Source of the DNA: Octopus bimaculoides
Taxonomy: Eukaryota
Assembly: GCF_001194135.2 (NCBI RefSeq)
Contig: NC_068982.1
Location: 61,280,933 to 61,314,135, forward strand
DNA length: 33,203 nt
Direction: 5' to 3'
The notes under the pieces were generated by a model, which was given only the letters and a program-made list of their open reading frames with translations, did no database searches and was not told the origin of the DNA. Shown here in pieces: positions 1-11,059 of this stretch. The position numbers were made by a program, and so were the translations under genes. The number at the start of each line of letters is the position of its first letter. Position 1 is the stretch's first letter.

Positions 1-249
1 GGGGGGGGGGGGTGCATGTGAGTGTGTGTCAAAGGAAGTTATTTTATGGCATTCTTTCATTTGAAGAAGAAAAGTTGTCAACTCAACATATATGGGATCA
101 TATGATTATTTGTAAATTTCCGTAAAATTGTTTTAATTTCTGTATTCTTTGAAGAGAGCAGAAATTGAAAGAGAAGATAAAGTGAAAAGGCAACATTTGC
201 TTTGAAGTGAGAGGAGAAAGTGTAAGATGTACATGTATATGAAATGGAC

Positions 250-261
250 ATGTGTGTGAGA

Positions 262-294
<33 letters not shown>

Positions 295-590
295 TGAGTG
301 AAGGTGTGTGTTGTGATGTATGAATTTTTTTGCATGTATGTGTAAGTGGTACTCACTCGCTCTCTCTCTCTCTCTCACACACACACATTATCTTTCATAT
401 ACATGTACATATGGGAGAAGGTAAAGAATATGCACACCACCCGTTTTCAGCATAACCCTAAGTCTAAACACAGGGAGTGCATATTCTTTACCTTCGACCA
501 TAAATACATATGCATACATCTTTTTTGTGCATGTGCATGTGTGAGAGAAAGAGAGAGAGAGAGAGAGAGAGTGTGTGTGTGTGTGACTAT
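250..590. repeat. Cluster of (GA)n/(CT)n/(CA)n/(GT)n microsatellites
   Basis: Dinucleotide runs at about 255-300, 360-386 and 541-585; they explain the low-complexity ORFs 78..356, 133..384 and 346..600. Confidence 0.95.
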
Positions 591-2359
591 TTCCTCATAA
601 CATATAGAAAAATAGATGTCTTTTAATGCAATTGTTTTGGTTGTGACTTATTTTAATACAATATTTATGAGTATATTTTCATAAATGTTTGTCTGAGTAG
701 AATTCTATGCATGAGTGAAGCATCGTATGAAAGTGAAACATTAGAAGCAAATCAAAATATTGTCCGAAAATGACCTCAAAATTGTGCGACCCAACCTAGT
801 TACTGAGGTTATTTTAGTTGTAAAAAGGAGTTGTTGAGTCAAAAACATAGTTTATTTGGTGGATAGATAATAAGCAGCTTTCTTTATTATAATGCAAATG
901 TGACTAATTCGGAGAAACATTACTTTCATTATTCATGCATCATCACTCTTGTAATGCAACACTTTGTAATTTTGGTTCAAATTGAAAGTGTGAAACTATT
1001 TTCATTTTCTAATGAAACCTGGTCATTGTAGAGAAGTGTATTTGAAATAACTATAGCTGGTTGTTGAGATAACATAGAAAATATGTAAATGAAAATAAAG
1101 TTTATTTGACAGGTGTAATTGATTTGATTGTTCTGGTTTTAACATCAGTTGGTAAGAATAGAAGTTATTTGATGACACCTTTTTGTTTGTAATTGGCTAT
1201 CCTGTTGCAGGTTCAATCTGTGGAATATTGAAATGATACCCATTTTGTCCAACGTAAGAAAGTACAGAAAGTCAACATTTATTTGTAACATGTACTAAAT
1301 GTTATTATAATTCATGATTGAATGAATGTCACAGTGAAGAAAGTGAAAGTCCAAGAAAATTGAAACGGTATAATTCAATTTTTCATACAAAAATAATTTA
1401 TTTTACAATTTTGAAACAAATGCTGAACCAAGTGTATAGAAAGGAAGATGTTGTGAATGTTAATTTAAAATGTTTGCTGAAGGATTTATGTAGCAAGATA
1501 TAAATTAATTTGACATTACTATATATTTTTTAACTGTGTCACATTATAGGCTGTAGAATAAATACTAAAGCAGTAAAAAAAGTTGTGCGACATTAATATT
1601 CACAGCGATGAATAAGCATAGGTGGAATACAAGGACTGTTAAAAAAACATTATCTTGAAACTGGTTAGAAGGAGTGGAATAACATTTCTGTAATTATATT
1701 GAAGAGCTGCTGAGGCATTCTACTTCGCCAAGTTTCTGAATTTGTTATGATAATAACAATATCATTTTCTTTTTTCAAATATATTTGTAAGTATTGTGAG
1801 TGGTGTTAAATCAGCCAAATCTTCATGTTGGTAGTACTTCAAAGTGAATGTTGTTCATTTAAAATCCAGGCTGCAAGTAAACTTTCAATATTGGTGTGTT
1901 TCATTGTTGGTGGTGGTAGGGGAGTTACATATATAAATTAACACACACATATACATTAACACACACCTGAAGCCTATCTCTGTCCCTGTGAGTGTCTGTT
2001 TCGGTCTTTAGATGTGTGTGTGTGTGTGTGTGTGCATGTCAGTCATCACAAAAATGTATGTATAATGACAGACACATACACTGTCACACACATATACTTG
2101 TCAGTCATTGGCCCAACGTAGGTAATGAATGCGCAAACACACTCATATAGAAAATTTGACGTCATCGTCATTGTAGTGGTGATATAAGATATCATTTATG
2201 ATAGGTGACTAAAAGAAAAATGATAATGTTAAATTTTTGTAATGCAAATATGTGAATGAAAATATAGTTTAGTCGGTAGCCAAAAGCTAACTGAATCTCT
2301 CGATACCCCATATGTCAATATTGGCAACTCGGTTTTGGAATGCATAAGGAACATATGCA

Positions 2360-2391
<32 letters not shown>

Positions 2392-2609
2392 AACTCGTTT
2401 TTATATATACATTAATGATGAAAGAAACAAGATGAAGCAACAGAGTGGATCAATTAAGAACTGAGGAACATCAAACATGTTATTCAAACTGTTGGATGGC
2501 AGAGTAAAGAGAAGCTGCAGAACAGACTAGAAGACCTGGTTTGAAGAAAAAGAAGCTGGAGTTGAAAAGGCAGCCCTATCGAAATGACAGTAGGCGGGAA
2601 AATTTTGCT

Positions 2610-2860
2610 TTGGAGTTTTCAATCCATTTCTCCACCTCTCACCCCAACTCTTTCAAAAAATCTTCATTGCAGCTTACTTTATTCTTCAGCATTAGAGGTC
2701 CACCCTTTCAAAACCATTTGATTATCCATCTTTTGCCATGCCATCAAACAATGCATTGAAATCTTTATCTTTAAGCTTATAATGAACATCCACCTCTCCA
2801 AGGTTTACTTTGGTAATTTCACAGTTCTGGGTTTTCTGTGATACAAACAGTACATGGTAC
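2610..2860 (-). mobile_element. Degenerate LTR-retrotransposon (Gypsy-like) pol remnant, region just before RT
   Basis: Minus-strand hand translation across a frameshift and stops gives ...KLKDKDFNALFDG / WIIKWF*KGGPLMLKNKVSCNEDFLKELG*EVEKWIEN. This resembles the DF-x3-FDG..W...W.W....P.LKN.V...E.E.WI pattern I associate with Gypsy pol; recalled, not aligned. Confidence 0.4.
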
Positions 2861-4194
2861 ATCATGTCCCTCTGAATTCTGACCTTCCTTCACCAATAAA
2901 AATGCTTATACATATATATACACACACATATATTATATGCATGTATCTTATCTGTAAAAGGCAGATTTTTCTCTGTGTGTGTGTATGTTGAAAATTCATA
3001 CATTTACACAATTCCAAATTTCTTCGATGAAAGAATCGCAATTAATATTCTAAATACCATAACTTAGGTCACACCGTCATTTTTTCAGTCAAAATAACTC
3101 CCAATTACGAATAAAATCAATAAAACTACACAAATTAACATTTTTCCCTCTAATAAAATCTAATTTCCTAAACATTAGAGATGATGCTTTTCATAATGAA
3201 GCAGCTTTCGTTCCATGTACCTTACTTTCTGCAATATGGATACCTCTATGTCCTTATACATCATCCAATTCTTTAAATCCGTAAGTCTAGGTCATTTTGG
3301 GGGACAATATTAGGATTTCATTCTAATCTAAGCTGTCATTCTACATGTTTTTGGTGTCAACAATTTCAGCATTGTTCATCACAAAATGACCGAAAAACAT
3401 GTTTATAAAGAAGAGCTGTTTGCTTCACACTCCTTGTGTGCTGATTCTGCCCATAAGAAAGAAACAAATAATACAATGTGGCTGTAGGTCATAAAGCCAT
3501 GGCCTTTAAGGCGCACGAGTACATAGGATTCACCCTAGCCTAGGCTATAGTTTTGTAAAATAAATTACCACTAAAATAATGTTTTAATTCATCCACTTAC
3601 CTGTATAACTTTGTTGTTACCGGTAATTATAAGCAATTTCTTGCATCCACATTCAATATAAACATACCGTAGGCAATTGTTTACCAATAGATGGCAGCAC
3701 CATGGATGTCACTGATGTGTTTTTCCACCCAGATCTGAGTTTTTTGGCGCAATGATGGGTTTATGGGTTTTAATTTCCAAATTTACATTAAATCTGGGTT
3801 TTTAAGTTAGTTTTAGCTGCAAACTTATCCTTTAAAGAGCATTCGGTGTCATACCCTTTGTATGCAGTATGTACCAAAGTTGCATCTCTTCTAATACTTT
3901 GTAAGCTGTCTATATATCATCTATAATCATCTCACGTAAAGAATTTATCGACACAAATATTGTTTGTGACGTAATTACCAATCGTACGCATTCATTATTC
4001 GTTTATACTTATATCATACCGGGCAACTACAAGTTACAACGTGTTGGTGGCCACTTGTACACTTGTCTGAAACTCTGACACCACCAGTTGATAGCTTGAC
4101 TGTGTTGATGGTGTACGCTTTGATTGTTACTCGCGATTTAAAATTTGTTTAACAACATTTTGAGTGAGAGTTTTTGTTTTGTAACCCTTTGCGT

Positions 4195-5892
4195 GTGTCC
4201 AAAAAGAGGAAGTGGTACACTCAAAATTTCAAGACGTTGTGGTTAGAGGATGCTAATCTTAAAGATTGGTTACGGCAAGATGATAAAAATCCTGATGCCT
4301 GCTACTGCGTTTGTTGCAACGTGGTGTTGAAAAGTGCTAAGAAATCAAGGTGATAGCTCATAAAAACACTACCAAACACAAGAAAGCTTTTGATTGTGCG
4401 AAATCTGCTATTAAATTAGATTCATTTGTTGTTAAAAAAAAACAGATGATGCATTAAATGAAAAGTAGCTAAGGCAGGTTATGTTGCTGAACATCATATA
4501 CTTTTCGTCCATATAAATCACTTAGCTGAAATATCCCAATAGTGAAATAGCTAAAAATCTACAAATGAAAAAAACATAATTAACATACATTATGCAAGAC
4601 GGAATTAGACATTATGAACGAAACGAAATCTCAAGAAACAAAAGTTTTCATTATCGATAGACGAGAGTACGGACATCACAGTGACACAAATCTTAGCAAT
4701 AGTCGTTCGCTTTTTTGATGTACAATCGCTTAATGTCAAGGATGCTCTTCTGGATGCAATTGTAGTAGAAAATGGTTCATCTCGGGGTTTGTACGATGCT
4801 GTCAAGTCTACGCTTACAAAAGATGTATCTATGAGCAACATGGATTTGCCAGCGATAATTGCTCAACAATGATGGGTAACAAGAGAGGGTTTCAAAAGTT
4901 ATTGAGAAACGATATTCCAACTGTATTTACAATAGGTTGTGTTTCCAATTTGTTTGCACTTTGTTCAAGTCATGTAGTGAAGGTATTACCTTCGTATCTC
5001 GAGTCCTTTTTAAAGGACTTAACTTCTTACTTTTCTTGAAGTAGCAAACGTCAAAATTACTTCAATATGATACAAAGTGTTGTTGGCACAACAGAAAACA
5101 AGATTCCAAAGCTTTCGCAAACTAGATGGTTGTCGCATGAAAATGTAATTAACGTTATAGTAAAACAGTGAGATGCCCTTGTACTTTATTTTCAGTCAGA
5201 GGCTAAAGTAGAAAAAGTGAACAGAGCAAAAAGGATCTATGAAACAATGACTATTAACAAAAGGACGAAGCGCATGCTGCTCTTCTTACATTATATATTA
5301 AAGAAAGTAAATGCTTTTTATGTCGAGTTTCAATCGGAACACTTTCGACTGCATCTGTTGCATACACTCGTATCCAGTGAATATAAAAGTATCCTTAGTT
5401 GCTTTATAAAAGAGGTTTTAGTTGTATCTAAATTATCAGATATTGATCTTAATAACACAACAAATTACAAATATATGAATGATATTTACCTCGGTGGATG
5501 TGCAATGAGATACCTAGAACAAAATCCATCGTTGGTGACTCAGCTAGATTCAAAACTGATTGCAAAAATTTTTTAAATAGAATTATGCTCTCAAATAAAA
5601 ATGCACTTTCCTCTTGATGAAGCTAGAATATTTGCCCTCTTAGAAATACTTGATCCAAATGTAGCGCGCGATATCACTAACTCTCCTCAGTCCATAATTC
5701 CTTTGATATCAAACTTTCCAGCAATTGCACCAGAAAACACACTTGATGAACTAGACGATGAGTGGAGATTATTTCGGCAATATAAAGATATGCCTGTTTC
5801 CTCAAAAAGAATCCCTGAATTCTGGTATTCCATAAGCAATCTTAAAGACGAGCTTGACCACTCTAAATTTGAGAGGTTGTCACAATTCATGG
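4195..5892 (+). pseudogene. Decayed hAT-superfamily transposase (BED-type zinc finger plus DDE core), C-terminal dimerisation domain missing
   Basis: Fragmented frames read SKKRKWYTQNFKTLWLED..KDWL..CYCVCCNVVLK..IAHKNTTKH (BED finger), SIDESTDITVTQILAIVVRFFD (first catalytic D), KLSQTRWLSHE (RW motif) and IPEFWYSI..SKFERLSQFM. Many stops and frameshifts; the start appears decayed to GTG at 4195. Confidence 0.9.
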
Positions 5893-6013
5893 ATGGCAAT
5901 TACAATTAGGTGAGTTTAGGGGACTATGCTCAGTAATAGAGGAAGTAGTATAATCAGAGGAGAGGATATGGAAGGGGGTAGAAGATTCTATATTATTAGT
6001 ATTATTAACGTTG
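5893..6013 (-). mobile_element. Penelope-like element, distal piece (linker ending in the CNC motif that precedes the GIY-YIG endonuclease)
   Basis: Minus strand reads NVNNTNNIESSTPFHILSSDYTTSSITEHSPLNSPNCNCH and continues the N-rich PLE sequence at 9063-9100 once the RTE is removed. Confidence 0.7.
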
Positions 6014-9000
6014 GACAGAGATTTAGAGACATATTACTCGAAGCCTTTGACGAAATAGAGGGGGATGTAGCTTCACACGATGTAGAAGACAACTGGACGT
6101 TTCTACCGGACAACCTGCTGAGGGCCACTGACCAGATCTGTGGATGGTGCAAAGTCCCCTCTTGACCGAAAATAATGTGGTGGTGGAAAAATATTGTCGA
6201 CAGGGCAATTAGGGAAAAGAAACAGGCCTGGAAGGACTGGAAGAACAGTGGTAGCAGGGAATTGTATCAGACTGCCAGAAGGGAAGCTAGGTGATAGGTT
6301 CATTTAGCCAGAGGGGAGGCAGATAAGAAAAAGTTTGCCAATGTTCTGCACTGTGAAGACCAAAGACTTGAAGTATTTCGTGTTACAAGACAGTGTGTGA
6401 GAGAGAATCGTGATGTCGTGGGAGAGAAATGTGTTTGCATGGATGATGGTACACTTGCACTGAATGAGGCTGCAAAGAAAGAGGTTTGGAGACGCCACTA
6501 CAAAAGATTGCTCAATAAAGAGAATGAATGGGAGAAAGAGAGTCTGCCAAATGTCGACCCAACAGAGGGACCAGCTATCCGAGTTGACAGTACCATGGTA
6601 GATAAAGCAATTAAGAGTATGAAGACAGGGAAAGCCCCCAGCCCATGAGGAATCACTGCACAGATCAAAATATCTGGTAGTATTGGCTATAGCCTAGTCA
6701 CCCGTATTGCGAACCAGGTGATACACAAAGGAGTCATACCCAATGACTGGTGTAGCAGCACCATAGTCAACTGCTACAAAAGTAAAGGTGACGCTTTAGA
6801 TACAAATAATTACAGAGGTATCAAGCTTTTAGATCAGGTAATGAAAGTCACGGAGAGGGTCATAGCCCAACTACTCAGGGAGCGAGTCAGTTTCGATGAG
6901 ATGCAGTTTGGGTTCGTGCCTGGAAAAGCACCACTGATGCTATATTTCTGGTAAGATAGCTTCAGGAGAAATACCTAGCAAAAGATAAACCTCTGTACCT
7001 GGCTTTCGTTGACATGGAGAAAGCCTTTGACAGGGTCCCCCGATCCCTCATCTGGTGGTCAATGAGGAAACTAGGGATAGAAGAATGGTTAGTGAGAGCT
7101 GTGCGAGCCATGTACAGGGATGCTGTCAGTAAGGTGAGGGTTGGCAACGAGTACAGTGAAGAATTCCAGGTAGGGTTAGGGGGTCCATCAAGAATCAGTC
7201 CTCAGCCCCCTTCTATTTATCATAGTCCTCCAGGCTATAACAGAGGAATTCAAGACAGAATGCCCCTGAGAGCTCCTCTATGCTGATGACCTTGCACTAA
7301 TTGCTGAGTCACTATCAGAACTAGANNNNNNNNNNNNNNNNNNNNNNNNNNNNNNNNNNNNNNNNNNNNNNNNNNNNNNNNNNNNNNNNNNNNNNNNNNN
7401 NNNNNNNNNNNNNNNNNNNNNNNNNNNNNNNNNNNNNNNNNNNNNNNNNNNNNNNNNNNNNNNNNNNNNNNNNNNNNNNNNNNNNNNNNNNNNNNNNNNN
7501 NNNNNNNNNNNNNNNNNNNNNNNNNNNNNNNNNNNNNNNNNNNNNNNNNNNNNNNNNNNNNNNNNNNNNNNNNNNNNNNNNNNNNNNNNNNNNNNNNNNN
7601 NNNNNNNNNNNNNNNNNNNNNNNNNNNNNNNNNNNNNNNNNNNNNNNNNNNNNNNNNNNNNNNNNNNNNNNNNNNNNNNNNNNNNNNNNNNNNNNNNNNN
7701 NNNNNNNNNNNNNNNNNNCAGGTGTGGAAGCAAGGACTAGAAACGAAGGGCCTTAGAGTCAACCTAGCTAAAACCAAAGTCCTAATAAGTAGGAAGGTAG
7801 AAAAATCACAAACACCTTCAGGTAGCTGGCCCTGCTCGATCTGTAGCAAAGGCGTAGGTAGAAACTCTATAAGATGCACCCAGTGCAAGCTATGGATACA
7901 TAACAGGTGCAGCAATATCAAAGGAATGTTAACTAGGAAGTTAGTTTTTGTATGTGGCAGATGTTCAGGAGCTATAAACACATTCCACATTCCAGGGAGA
8001 AAAACTAGAAGTGGTTGATAGCTTCCGATATCTAGGTGACCAAGTTAGTAGTGGGGGAGGGTGCGCTGAAAGTGTAGCTGCTAGAATAAGAATAGCCTGG
8101 GCAAAGTTCAGATAGTTCTTACCTCTGCTGGTGACAAAGGGCCTCTCTCAGAGTAAAAGGCAGACTGTATGATGCATGTGTATGAACAGCCATGCTTCAT
8201 GGCAGTGAAACATGGGCCGTGACTGCTGAAGACATGCGTAGGCTTGCAAGAAATGAAGCCAGTATGCTCCGATGGATGTGTAATGTCAGTGTGCNNNNNN
8301 NNNNNNNNNNNNNNNNNNNNNNNNNNNNNNNNNNNNNNNNNNNNNNNNNNNNNNNNNNNNNNNNNNNNNNNNNNNNNNNNNNNNNNNNTGGTGAGGCAAG
8401 ACCTTTGAACATTGGGCCTCACCGAGGCGATGACTTCTGACCGAGACCTTTGGAAATATGCTGTGCGTGAGAAGACCTGGCAGGCCAAATGAGACCTAAA
8501 TCCAAGGCCTCTGCCAGGAGTGTAGCCAGCCCACTTATGCGTACCTTTCCTTCATTGGACACTAAACTCCGCTTGCAAAGACCTGTTGAGGCAAGGGAAA
8601 TCGAAATCGCGCTAAATTCGATGAATGGCACCCATGCCAACGTTGTCTCCTTCATTGGACACGAAACTCAGCTTGCGAAGACTTATTGGAGCAAGCGAAA
8701 GCGAAATCGGAATGGCACCTGTACCCAGCGTCGCCTTTCTGGCACTTGTGCTTGCAGCATGTGTAACGACTTTCGAGCGAGATCGTTGCCAGTGCCCCTG
8801 GACTGGCTCTTGTGCGGGTGGCACATAAAATATACCATTTTGAGCGTGGCCATTGCCAGTATGGCCTGACTGGCTTTCGTGCAGGTGACACGTAAAAGCA
8901 CCTACTACACTCTCGGAGTGGTTGGCGTTAGGAAGGGCATCCAGCTGTAGAAACTCTGCCAAATCAGATTGGAGCCTGGTGTAGCCTTTGGGCTCCACCA

Positions 9001-9062
9001 GTCCTTAGTCCAATCATCCAACCTATGCTAGCATGGAAAGTGGATGTCAAACGATGATGATG
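6014..9062 (+). mobile_element. 5'-truncated RTE-clade LINE with RT, long 3' UTR and (GAT)n tail; 13-bp TSD
   Basis: RT motifs NYRGIKLL, QFGF, FVDMEKAFDRVP, LLYADDL, FRYLG, LHGSETW; ORF ends ..EKTWQAK* at 8492; tail aaacgatgatgatg to 9062. Flanks ATTATTAACGTTG (6001-6013) and ATTATCAACATTG (9063-9075) match at 11/13. No endonuclease domain is present. Confidence 0.93.
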
Positions 9063-9760
9063 ATTATCAACATTGCTATTATTACTATTGTTGTTTATTA
9101 ATTTCACTATTAGTAAGGGTGGTAGAGATTGTGGTGGTGTTCTGGGCAGTGTCAGTATGACAGGTTGGGTTGTGGTTGTAGTCTAATATAAGGGTATCTG
9201 TGCTGGAGCTGTGCGTGTGTTGAGTGTTCGTATGACTAGAGTTGTAGTTATGTGAGTTTTGATAGTAAAGAGAGAGCGTTTGCATATTAGAGGCTGCTAC
9301 AATAGATTCGAAGTCTGGTGAGGTAGAATAAGATAGTTTCAGAGTGGATCGATTAAAGATAGAATGATATTTATATTGTTGAGGGAAGTTAGAGTCTAGT
9401 ATTTTAAAGAAGGATTTAGCTAAGTTCTTAACGTTAAGTGAGAATGGGGGTGTGCACCACAGGATAGAGCATCCGCCACATTTTTTAAGGGGTCCAAGAG
9501 TAGTGCTATCAAAGTTTTTAGATAAAAGAGTGCTATCTATATTTTGGGGGAAGGTATGCAGGTGGCGAGGCCTGCTGTTGTTAGCTGTTTTCGTTTTTGA
9601 CCTAGTGTTAAGTGAATGTGTGTGGGGTCTAGGTTGCCTAGGTGTAAGACCTTCCAGGGTTCCATCAACGAGTGTGTGTTGTTGGTTGCGATTGTGATGG
9701 TTGGTGTGTGTTTGGGATGTGATTTGAGATATGTATTGTTTGAGCCTGGTGTTATGTATG
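9063..9760 (-). mobile_element. Penelope-like element, middle piece (post-RT conserved region)
   Basis: Open minus frame 9756-9088 includes ILWCTPPFSLNVKNLAKSFFKILDSNFPQQYKYHSIFNRSTLKLSYSTSPDFESI, matching the PLE pattern IIWFNPPFS..FL..ID.HFP..L.KIFNR.T.K.SYS..PN. Confidence 0.88.
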
Positions 9761-10717
9761 TGTAGTGAACACCACTTTCTCTCACTAGTATAAATATTAA
9801 TAAACGCGGGCGTAGCAGAGAGCAGCCTGCTGTATCCATCACATGACTGACTATTCTTTACGCGGGTAAATTATCTCGTACCGTTCCCACCAGAACGCAA
9901 ATCGACCAACCACAGCTTCTCTGGAGCCTACCTTCAGCTATAAATAGACTAAATTATACCCGCNNNNNNNNNNCCATCGTACAACTAAGAACTACAAGCA
10001 TCGCCCCCGACGTCGCCAACAGCATCGTCCAACTACGACTACCAGCATCGCCGCCAGCGTCAACACGACTACGTACTACAAGCATCGCTGCCAGCGTCAA
10101 CACGACTACGTACTACCAGCATCGCCGCCAGCGTCAACATGACTCTACACGTACACAAGCTACCAACAGCTAACCACAGCACTTCTCTCTTCGACTCTGT
10201 TTGTGTGATTTCTTCACCATGAAAAATAACAGCCAGAATCCGACGCCTGCGAAGAACATCTGTATTCAAGAACCCGGCGCAGCATCGAAGCCCTAACATC
10301 ACGACGAGTGATCGCTCTGCCCCACACGCCTTAACTTCTTATATACAGACCCATAATACCACTGTGTACTCTAAGAACTGGTAAATTCTAATATGTGTTA
10401 CTGACTCTATTCTATACTCTGTAACTCTTACATACACATACATATTTGTACACACACTCTTCTCTTTACATGACGGCCTGTCTTTAATGTGTTTTATTAT
10501 GTCGCATTCACACACACACAGACATACGATTTAATGCTACAATAAATCTTACTATTATTCATCTTTATCGGTTGGTTCAATATCATCTTCCTTACTGGCA
10601 TTTCTAAGTTCTCTATGTTATCGAAGTATAACATATTTATCATTTTATATTTTTATGTTTGCCTTGTTTTCCGTTCGTCACCATTTCTCCTTTTGGGTTC
10701 GCACGGTCGTTCTTACA
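9761..10717 (+). mobile_element. Solo LTR (about 957 bp including a 10-N gap) inserted in the PLE; 4-bp TSD TATG
   Basis: Starts TGTAGTGAAC and ends GTTCTTACA (imperfect terminal inverted repeat, TG..CA); TATG at 9757-9760 and 10718-10721. TATAAATA near 9940 and AATAAA near 10541 suggest + orientation. Removing it plus one TSD rejoins the PLE in frame. Confidence 0.85.
10043..10143 (+). repeat. 37-bp tandem repeat, about 2.7 copies, inside the solo LTR
   Basis: Unit cagcatcgccgccagcgtcaacacgactacgtactac starts at 10043, 10080 and 10117; shorter related units lie at 10000-10042. Confidence 0.9.
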
Positions 10718-10922
10718 TATGTATTCTATTTGTTGGGAAAATCCGCTAGCGGCGAGTGCTTGATTATAATGTGGTGCATGATTATTGAAAATTTCTTCAT
10801 TGGAAGAGAGGTCGGATATGCGGGTTGAGATGCCCTTGATTATGTTATCAAAAGTGGATTTATGGTGGTTGGAGTGGATGTTAAGGTATTTAAGGTATTG
10901 GTTAGGTTTGTGGTAAGTGGAG
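10718..10922 (-). mobile_element. Penelope-like element, proximal piece (RT thumb), 5'-truncated at a (TA)n run
   Basis: Minus frame TYHKPNQYLKYLNIHSNHHKSTFDNIIKGISTRISDLSSNEEIFNNHAPHYNQALAASGFSQQIEYI, a typical PLE RT C-terminus (Y.KP..YI..SNHP..I..R.S..SS....F..A.P.Y..AL..SG). Confidence 0.9.
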
Positions 10923-11059
10923 CATATATATATATATAAATAAAATTTTATATTGTTGAGAAGTATATTCCTGGTTATGGCATATAACTGGTCAGAAAGT
11001 TGCTAGTTGGAAGTATATAGCCCCTTTTATGCTGGAGGTGAATATACAGTGAACATTGT

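Noticed and set aside
690-1800. Possible decayed DNA-transposon coding region; weak inverted similarity of 735-780 to 3288-3330
   Set aside because: No recognisable motif in any frame, and the similarity is short and AT-rich.
8419-8998. Overlapping ORFs of 67-128 aa as accessory genes
   Set aside because: They lie in the GC-richer repetitive RTE 3' UTR, where stop-free frames are expected by chance.
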